This document shows, one piece after another, positions 48,019 through 54,208 of a DNA stretch of 54,208 nucleotides. Made by a program: the position numbers and the translations under genes. The DNA is from an uncultured Bacilli bacterium (lineage in GTDB: Bacteria > Bacillota_I > Bacilli_A > RF39 > UBA660): NCBI GenBank assembly GCA_947601485.1, contig CANQGF010000002.1, positions 1 to 54,208 of the forward strand, read 5' to 3'. Position 1 is the first letter of the stretch. Each line of letters starts with the position of its first letter. The notes under the pieces are model-generated. The model was not told the origin of the DNA, ran no database searches, and was given only the letters and a program-made list of their open reading frames with translations.

Positions 48019-49017
48019 ATGGATTTAAAAGAATTTAAAATAACATTAGATGAATTAATAGCTAATAGTGATCTTGTTTTTATTTCACCTCATGTAAGAG
48101 CGGATTATGATGCATTAGCATCTTCGATTGCAATGAGTTTAATTGTCAAAAAATTAGGTAAAGAACCATTTATTATCATGAGTGATGATATTGATAAAAT
48201 GGAGCAAGGGATGAAAACAATTTACAATGAAGCAAAAGAAATAACTAGTTTTATTACTAAAGAAAAAGCCGAGGCAATGGTTACAAATAATACTTTATTA
48301 ATTACTGTAGATATGAATAAAACTTACTTAACAGCATGTCAAACATTTTTAGATAAGTTTAAAAGTATTGCTATAATTGATCACCACGATAAAGATCAAG
48401 ATACGATTATAACTGACTATCAATATATTATGCCTAAATTATCTAGTGCATCAGAAATTTTAACAGAAATGTTATTTATGTCTAATGTTAAAATCACTTC
48501 AAGAGTTGCTGATTATTTACTAGCAGGTATTTTTTTAGATACTAATAAATTCACAAAGAATGCTAGTACTAAAACCATGGAAACAATTTATAAACTTACT
48601 AAAAAAGGTGGCGAAATTGCTCGAGTAACCGACTTTTTTACAGAAGATTATTTGGTTGACCGTAAAATTCAAGATTTAGTTTCTAAAACGCGTTTTATTA
48701 CATATACAGCTGCGGTTACTATGGGTGATGATAATACTTTATATACTAGAGAAGAACTTGCTAAAGCAGCCGACTACTTATTAAAATACCGAAATATCGA
48801 TGCTACATTTGCTTTAGGATTAACTGGTGAAGACATTATAAACATTAGTGCCAGAAGTAAAGGAACTATTGATGTTAGTGATGTAATGCGTGAAATGGGT
48901 GGTGGCGGTAATGAATTTTCTGCTGCTAGTCAAATAAAAGATTCTACATTAGAAGATACAAAAGACAAATTAACAAGAAAATTAGTACCTAATTGTTATA
49001 AAATAAATAATAGATAA
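48019..49017 (+). CDS. stand-alone DHH/DHHA1 phosphoesterase (NrnA / GdpP-catalytic-domain-like)
   Basis: DHH motifs I-IV are present: HVRADYDALAS, ITVDMN, IIDHHD, GIFLDTNKF. The DHHA1 motif reads GGGNEFSAASQ, where GGGH is usual. Confidence 0.75.
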   Translation: MDLKEFKITLDELIANSDLVFISPHVRADYDALASSIAMSLIVKKLGKEPFIIMSDDIDKMEQGMKTIYNEAKEITSFITKEKAEAMVTNNTLLITVDMNKTYLTACQTFLDKFKSIAIIDHHDKDQDTIITDYQYIMPKLSSASEILTEMLFMSNVKITSRVADYLLAGIFLDTNKFTKNASTKTMETIYKLTKKGGEIARVTDFFTEDYLVDRKIQDLVSKTRFITYTAAVTMGDDNTLYTREELAKAADYLLKYRNIDATFALGLTGEDIINISARSKGTIDVSDVMREMGGGGNEFSAASQIKDSTLEDTKDKLTRKLVPNCYKINNR

Positions 49018-49051
49018 AATTCTATTATAAATTTACTAATTAACATTATAT

Positions 49052-49823
49052 ATGTATAATATTATTAGTGATTATATGAAATATGGGATGCCTACTTTAA
49101 TTGAATTTAAAAATATTTGGGAAAATGTAGAATTTGCTTTAAAACATAATTTAAAATTTATTGAGCTTAATATGGATTTACCTTATTGTTTAGCAATAAA
49201 TAAACTAAATTTAAAAGAATACAATATTGAATTTACTATGCATTTAACTGAAAAGTTAAATGTTGCATCACTTAATAATGATTTAAGAAAAAAGTTATTT
49301 AAAAGAAGCAGTTAGAGAAATAAAATTAGGAATTAAAAATAATATTAAAAAATATAATTTACATATTGATTCAGGAGTTTATTTTACCCTTCCAAATGGC
49401 AAAGTATTTTTAAATAATGAATATTTAAAAGTATATTTAAAAAATTTAGATAAGAGTTGTAAAGTATTAAATAAATTAGCTTTAGAAAATAACATTGAAA
49501 TTAATTTTGAAAACACTAAAATTCACCCATTTGTAAATGATGCTGTTAAGGTAATCAGTAAATATGATGCACTTGGGTTCACTTTAGATATTGGCCATAA
49601 TGAAAAAAATGGTGATAAAGCCTATCCGTTATTTAAAGAAACAAATAAAATTAGACATATTCATATGCATGATTATGATGGAGATAGTGATCATTTAGAA
49701 ATTGGTAAAGGTAAAATAGATTTTCATAAATATGAAGATTTACTCAAAAATAATTATGTAGTTATTGAAGTTAAAGAAAAAAATGAACTAATAAATAGTA
49801 TTGATAAAATTAAAGAAATTTAA
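49052..49823 (+). pseudogene. xylose-isomerase-like TIM-barrel (AP endonuclease 2 / sugar phosphate isomerase family) gene with a +1 frameshift in an A6 run
   Basis: Frame 1 (49052..49315) stops at TAG. A second frame is open from 49287 to TAA 49821-49823 and has no start codon. It encodes ...LHIDSG...FEN...LGFTLDIGH...IRHIHMHDYDG.SDHLEIGKGKIDF, the family's metal-binding motifs. The two frames can only be joined inside AAAAAA at 49288-49293. Confidence 0.7.
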
Positions 49824-49924
49824 TTTTATCTTTTTTTATATTATAAATTTTAATTCAATATTAATAATTAATATTGATAAATTCCTAAAAATTTTTTATT
49901 CTAAATTATTGAATAAAATAAAAA

Positions 49925-49943
49925 GTTAAGATTCCCACTTAAC
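49925..49943 (-). terminator. weak terminator hairpin after the 254-aa gene
   Basis: On the minus strand, GTTAAG-7 nt-CTTAAC is followed by TTTTATTTTATT. The stem is only 6 bp. Confidence 0.35.
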
Positions 49944-49960
49944 CTCTTAATTAAAAATTC

Positions 49961-50725
49961 TTACTTTCTTAATAAGATTTCTAAAGATTTTTTATGCCCA
50001 TTTTGGCTAATTGATAATAATTTTTCTTGTTCGTATTTTTTTAAAGTATCATAATAACTGGGTGTAGAATAAGCATTAATAATTTGTTGCATTTCATAAG
50101 GATATAATTCAATTTCTTGACTAGCACTTTGATATAAAAAATTTCTCGATAATTTAAAATTTAAATAAGTTTCTAGATTATTTGCTCTATTTATTTTATC
50201 ACATAAATCTTTAAGATTACTTGTCAGCGTATTAATTAAACGTTCAGCATCTTCTAAAGAAATATTACCAAATTCGTCTAATGTTATATCTAACATTTTA
50301 AGCTCTTTTTCAATGGATGATGTATTGTGCTCACTAATTTTTTTAAGATAATCTACTATTAATAATATTTTACCTTTTAAAATATTAGTATAACTTTGAA
50401 AGTATTCCAATGTAAATGGTTCAAAGTGATATCTGCTAGATTGCAATTCATCTGAAAAATTTTTTAAAGATTCTTTAATATCATCTATTCCCCATTCATT
50501 TAAAGATTTGTATTTTTTATTTTTAGTCTTATCTAATCTTAATTTTAATTCTTCATTTTCTTCAATAAATTTTTTATTTAAATATGCCTTTATCTCATCT
50601 TCCGTAACAGTTATTTGTTCATTAATTGTCCAATTTATAATTTCTTCAAAACCACAATTAAATTCTAATCTAAATATATAAGGTATAAATCCTTGGGAAT
50701 CTAAAAAATTTTCATCACTACCCAT
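49961..50725 (-). CDS. hypothetical protein (second gene of the IS-flanked pair)
   Basis: Track ORF, 254 aa, with AGGAGG RBS. Predicted mostly helical. No family recognised. Confidence 0.6.
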   Translation of the reverse strand: MGSDENFLDSQGFIPYIFRLEFNCGFEEIINWTINEQITVTEDEIKAYLNKKFIEENEELKLRLDKTKNKKYKSLNEWGIDDIKESLKNFSDELQSSRYHFEPFTLEYFQSYTNILKGKILLIVDYLKKISEHNTSSIEKELKMLDITLDEFGNISLEDAERLINTLTSNLKDLCDKINRANNLETYLNFKLSRNFLYQSASQEIELYPYEMQQIINAYSTPSYYDTLKKYEQEKLLSISQNGHKKSLEILLRK

Positions 50726-50792
50726 AACTTGCCTCCTATTAGGATTATATCAGATAACATAAGAAAAATAAATATTGTTATTAATCCACAAT

Positions 50793-52295
50793 TTAATATC
50801 CGCTTCTTAATTCTCTTACAAACATTTTATCTTTAGGATATATTCTATCCCTATCAACTAGTACCAAAGGATACTTTTTAAACCAAACTGGTACTTTCTC
50901 CGGATTTAAGCAATCCGCATCACGATATGTATCCAATAACATAGTATTATCTCCACATGTTCCCTTAATTAAAGTGTCATTTCTTCGATAACCTAATCTA
51001 TCAAGTTCTAAGTCAAAATATCCAAAATATTTAGGATCAATATTAATTGCTTTTCTAGTTAAATACTTTTGTACTTCTAGTCCACCTTTAACTATACCCT
51101 CATTATCCCTTAAATATATTTCTTCATAATTTTTTGCAATTAAATAAAGATTAGGACAAATGACATCTTCATAAGACCATTTTGTCTTTACAAGTTTAAT
51201 AACATAATCACCAATCCTATAACAACTACAAGTTGTACCATTACCAACAAAACCATATTCTTTACTTTGACTTAAGTCCATATATTTTTGGGTCCACTCT
51301 TCTAATAAAATACCTAAACCACATTCATATATTGATTCTAAATCCCTCTCATCTTGAGTTCCAAAAATACTAGATTTTTGTGTATCTTGTCTAGGATAAT
51401 CTAAAAAATACTTTAATCTAATGGCAAAATCATCTAATAATTCTTTACTTATCATTTCTTTATGTCTTAAATATAATGAAAAACGATAGTCAGCTGATGT
51501 ATTAAATAAAATATCAGCATCTTCCTTGAAAATATTCTCTTTTATGTCTTTATGTGGATCACTTAATAACCTACTTGTATCTGAATCAATAATTATGTCA
51601 TTTGTTAATAACCTAGATGCTAAATAATTATATTTATAATCTTTAATAATAAATTCTTTTAATTTTCGATAATCTTTTTCACGATTATTGGTTAGTAATA
51701 AAACCGCTAATTTAGATATGTCATCGGGATTCATTAGTTGAGGTAAAAATGTTAATTGTTCATATTGTTCATAAGTAACTGATGTAGTATATTTGGTAAT
51801 ATCATCATATATTGTATCTATCATTTCTGGATGATTTTTAATCAAATAATTCATAAACAAATAACGAATATGAAGATCTTTATATCTTGATAATTTATGA
51901 ATTAATTCTTTATTGCTACTATCAAAAGCATATTTAACAATATAATCAAAAAACTTTGTATCTCCATTATTAATTAATAATGTATCAAAATATTCATATA
52001 ATATTTTCAAGCCTAAAGGAGAATTATGTAAAAGATTATTGAGCATTTCCGGAGTTACTTTTTTAATATCTAATAACTCATAAGATTCATCCATAAATTC
52101 TGGAATATCATATATTATTGAAAAACAAAATAATGGTAATTTATCTTTTAATTTAGGTAAAAATCCATTTATTATTTCTATTCTACTTGGAGACTTTCTA
52201 ACAAGTTCAATTAAATGCTTGTAATCATATGGTGTACAGTGAAAAACAAAATCAACTTTACCATCTTTTAAATATTCTAATGTATTAAATGCCAT
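50793..52295 (-). CDS. hypothetical protein: helical-repeat N-region plus C-terminal protein-kinase-like module (tentative)
   Basis: Track ORF, 500 aa, with AAGGAGGG RBS. Residues ~347-486 carry GFVGNGTTCSCYRIGDYVIKL (Gly-loop plus Lys strand), YRRNDTLIKGTCGDNTMLLD, and PLVLVDRDRIY (DFG-equivalent strand). No family confidently recognised. Confidence 0.6.
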   Translation of the reverse strand: MAFNTLEYLKDGKVDFVFHCTPYDYKHLIELVRKSPSRIEIINGFLPKLKDKLPLFCFSIIYDIPEFMDESYELLDIKKVTPEMLNNLLHNSPLGLKILYEYFDTLLINNGDTKFFDYIVKYAFDSSNKELIHKLSRYKDLHIRYLFMNYLIKNHPEMIDTIYDDITKYTTSVTYEQYEQLTFLPQLMNPDDISKLAVLLLTNNREKDYRKLKEFIIKDYKYNYLASRLLTNDIIIDSDTSRLLSDPHKDIKENIFKEDADILFNTSADYRFSLYLRHKEMISKELLDDFAIRLKYFLDYPRQDTQKSSIFGTQDERDLESIYECGLGILLEEWTQKYMDLSQSKEYGFVGNGTTCSCYRIGDYVIKLVKTKWSYEDVICPNLYLIAKNYEEIYLRDNEGIVKGGLEVQKYLTRKAINIDPKYFGYFDLELDRLGYRRNDTLIKGTCGDNTMLLDTYRDADCLNPEKVPVWFKKYPLVLVDRDRIYPKDKMFVRELRSGY

Positions 52296-52401
52296 AAAAC
52301 CCTCCTTGTTGGTATAGTATTATATCATAACAAAGAAGATATTACTAATTTTTCCTATTGAAAATTCACTAAAATTAATTAAATGTAATAGATATAATAC
52401 C

Positions 52402-53430
52402 TTGCCAACTTTTAATATGAATTGTCCTAAAACTTCTAAACCACCTTTTGTATGTAACGGTTGTCATTCAAGAACTTGTTGTAGAAAAAATAGATTTATG
52501 TATTTTGCTGAAGATGCTAATCGTGAATATAAAGATAAACTTTCTACTTCTAGGCAAGGTATTAATTTAAATCCTGAAGAATTTGACAAGCTTAACAAGA
52601 TTGTCAAAGATGTAATTGAAAGAGGTCTATCTTTTGCAATGATTATTAGTTCAAATAAAGATATACCGGTTTGCAAAAGAACTTTATATCGTTATCAACA
52701 AATGGAATATTTAAACACTTTAAATATTGATTTACCTAGAAAAGTTCGTTATAAAAAAAGGAAAAAGAATTCTAATTCTATTATAAAAGATAGAAAATAT
52801 CGAATTGGTAGAACTTATCAAGATTTTTTGAAATTTAAACAAGAATTCTTTTTAGAAAACGAATATGATGTTGAAGTTGTTGAAATGGATACTGTTGAAG
52901 GTATTAAAGGTGAAAATGAAGCTGTTTTACTTACTCTTTTATTTACTTCTTCCAATTTTTTAATGGCTTTTAAAATGGAACATAAAAATGTTGAATGTGT
53001 TTCTAAAGTATTTGATTATTTAAAAGACACTTTGGGTTATGATATGTTTTGTGATTTATTTAAGTGTATTCTTACTGATAATGGTGTTGAATTTTCTAAT
53101 CCTGAATACATTGAAGATAATGGTTTTGAATCTTTAAAATCACGTGTATTTTACTGTGATCCTAATCGTAGTGATCAAAAAGGTAAAATTGAGGTTTGCC
53201 ATGAATTTATTAGAAGATATATTCCCAAAGGTGTTTCTTTTAACTCTTATTCTCAAGAACAAATTACTGAAATGATTAATCACATAAATTCTGTTCCAAG
53301 AGATTTATTTAAAGGTCAATCTGCTTTCTCTCTGCAATATCTTTTTACTTATGAAAATTTTTTTGAACTTTTAGGTTACAAACAAATTAGATATGAAAAT
53401 TTAATTCTTAACTCTGATTTATTCAAATAA
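52402..53430 (+). CDS. IS30-family DDE transposase
   Basis: The catalytic region is VVEMDTVEG...AVLLTLL....F..A.K (D), ILTDNGVEFSN (D), and DQKGKIEVCHEFIRRYIPKG (E). The basic RKVRYKKRKK linker and Cys-rich N-terminus are typical. The start may be TTG 52402 or ATG 52417. Terminal repeats were not identified. Confidence 0.8.
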   Translation: MPTFNMNCPKTSKPPFVCNGCHSRTCCRKNRFMYFAEDANREYKDKLSTSRQGINLNPEEFDKLNKIVKDVIERGLSFAMIISSNKDIPVCKRTLYRYQQMEYLNTLNIDLPRKVRYKKRKKNSNSIIKDRKYRIGRTYQDFLKFKQEFFLENEYDVEVVEMDTVEGIKGENEAVLLTLLFTSSNFLMAFKMEHKNVECVSKVFDYLKDTLGYDMFCDLFKCILTDNGVEFSNPEYIEDNGFESLKSRVFYCDPNRSDQKGKIEVCHEFIRRYIPKGVSFNSYSQEQITEMINHINSVPRDLFKGQSAFSLQYLFTYENFFELLGYKQIRYENLILNSDLFK

Positions 53431-53674
53431 AAAAAGATAATACCTTTTATTTAGTATTATCAGTTGTTACAGCAAGTAACATATACAATAAACATAAAAT
53501 TAATTATTTATACAAGCAAAATATCATTTATTATTTTCAAGTTTGTTTTGCACTATTTTTGGCAAAACCTCTTTTGCGTGTTTTTTTAATAATTAATTAT
53601 GACTTTATAATATCATTTTTTTATTTTTTTGCAATATAAAACTCTCGTTTTTATCAATTTTATCTGACATTTTT

Positions 53675-54191
53675 GGCTATTGCTGCTTTTTACTAGTTAC
53701 TTTTGAAATTGATCAAAAATAAAAAATGGTTCTTAAACATTGAGGGGTGATGAATGAAAATTCATCACTCTTTTACGTTTCCTAAAAATGTTAGTAATAA
53801 TCATGATTCGATTTTTAAAATTATTAAAGTTTCTAAATCCAAAGGCAATTCTTTTTATTAATTTACAAGTATTATTGTTTCTTTCCATAACTCCGTTACT
53901 ATATGGTTGTTCTAATGTATTTTTAATATGACTTTTAAAATCTTTTAAAGTGCTTTGAGTTGTTTTCATGTATTCGGATATTCCTTCATATTCTGCCTCT
54001 ACAATTTTTAAAAATAATTGGTAATCCTTCCTTTGTAAAGCATATAACACACTTTGATAAAAGTTATATGTTTCCTTTAGTTCTTTTTCTTGTGATAATA
54101 AATAATCTACTACATCTACTTCTGTCATAAGATGTTAATTTTTAAATTATTTACACCAATTTATTGCAATTTTGAAAAAATAAAAATAGCC
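53675..54191 (-). mobile_element. internally deleted ISL3-family remnant bounded by imperfect inverted repeats
   Basis: GGCTATTGCTGCTTTTTAC at 53675 on the plus strand matches GGCTATTTTTATTTTTTCA at 54191 on the minus strand (13/19, both starting GGCTATT). They bracket a 131-codon ORF that corresponds only to the C-terminal part of an ISL3 transposase. Confidence 0.4.
53733..54128 (-). pseudogene. ISL3-family transposase, C-terminal fragment
   Basis: The SNGVMERNNNTCKLIKRIAFGFRNFNNFKNRIMI motif matches the ISL3 C-terminal signature (TNG..EG.NNKIK.IKR.aYGyRNF.nfr.RIl). Full-length enzymes are around 400 aa. Confidence 0.7.
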
Positions 54192-54208
54192 AAACAAGAG
54201 AAAATAGG

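Noticed and set aside
49287-49293. A AAA AAG heptamer, in phase, resembling the dnaX -1 programmed frameshift site
   Set aside because: A -1 slip here reads GTT ATT TAA and terminates at once. The continuing frame is +1, so this is an indel, not dnaX-type recoding.
49855-49877. 23-bp palindrome TCAATATTAAT-A-ATTAATATTGA after the TIM-barrel pseudogene, as a terminator
   Set aside because: There is no T-run on either side, and the stem is entirely A/T. It may be an operator or recombination site, but nothing in the window supports a specific role.
52296-53674. Terminal inverted repeats for the IS30-family element
   Set aside because: Comparing the 5' flank with the reverse complement of the 3' flank gave only short AT-rich matches (for example TTGAAAAT). 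The ends cannot be supported from this window alone, so only the transposase CDS is reported.

Overview
This is a 54.2-kb window from a very AT-rich Bacillota-type chromosome. It uses the standard genetic code: TGA is a stop in the ATGA overlaps ruvB/folD, thyA/folA and rarA/gpsA. Most of it is core housekeeping DNA arranged in blocks that mirror known Bacillus subtilis neighbourhoods. The blocks are:
- obg
- ruvAB fused to a folD-glyA-thyA-folA-kinase thymidylate operon
- queA-tgt-yrzE-like-DUF421
- xerD, rarA-gpsA, and tcdA (yrvM) with a candidate 6S RNA upstream
- mreCD, spoIVFA/B-like, rplU-prp-rpmA with an L21-type leader
- a T-box-controlled hisS-aspS-asnS-gatCAB cluster
- comN-like, relA-dtd
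- spoVB-like, mnmA, holA-comEC-comEA
- a SEDS protein

Sporulation-associated genes suggest a spore-former or a descendant of one.

Two accessory patches stand out.
1. 32.4-36.9 kb: three tandem paralogs of an unrecognised family lie between dtd and the hisS leader. They have near-identical ends and divergent cores. A fourth, apparently frameshifted gene follows them. An IS110-family element with a long promoter-bearing 5' non-coding arm (bridge-RNA candidate) splits the array.
2. 49.9-54.2 kb: a two-gene operon of unknown function (500 aa with a kinase-like C-terminal module, plus 254 aa). It is bounded by a frameshifted TIM-barrel gene, an IS30-family transposase gene and an internally deleted ISL3 remnant.

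Other items not in the ORF track:
- a tRNA-Lys at the window edge
- a 47-codon Asn/Ser/Arg-rich ORF with its own SD and terminator
- a 42-bp perfect palindrome
- a T-box whose specifier loop reads GACAC (overlapping Asp and His codons)

No CRISPR array or rRNA was seen. All functional calls come from motif recognition by eye. No database searches were run.
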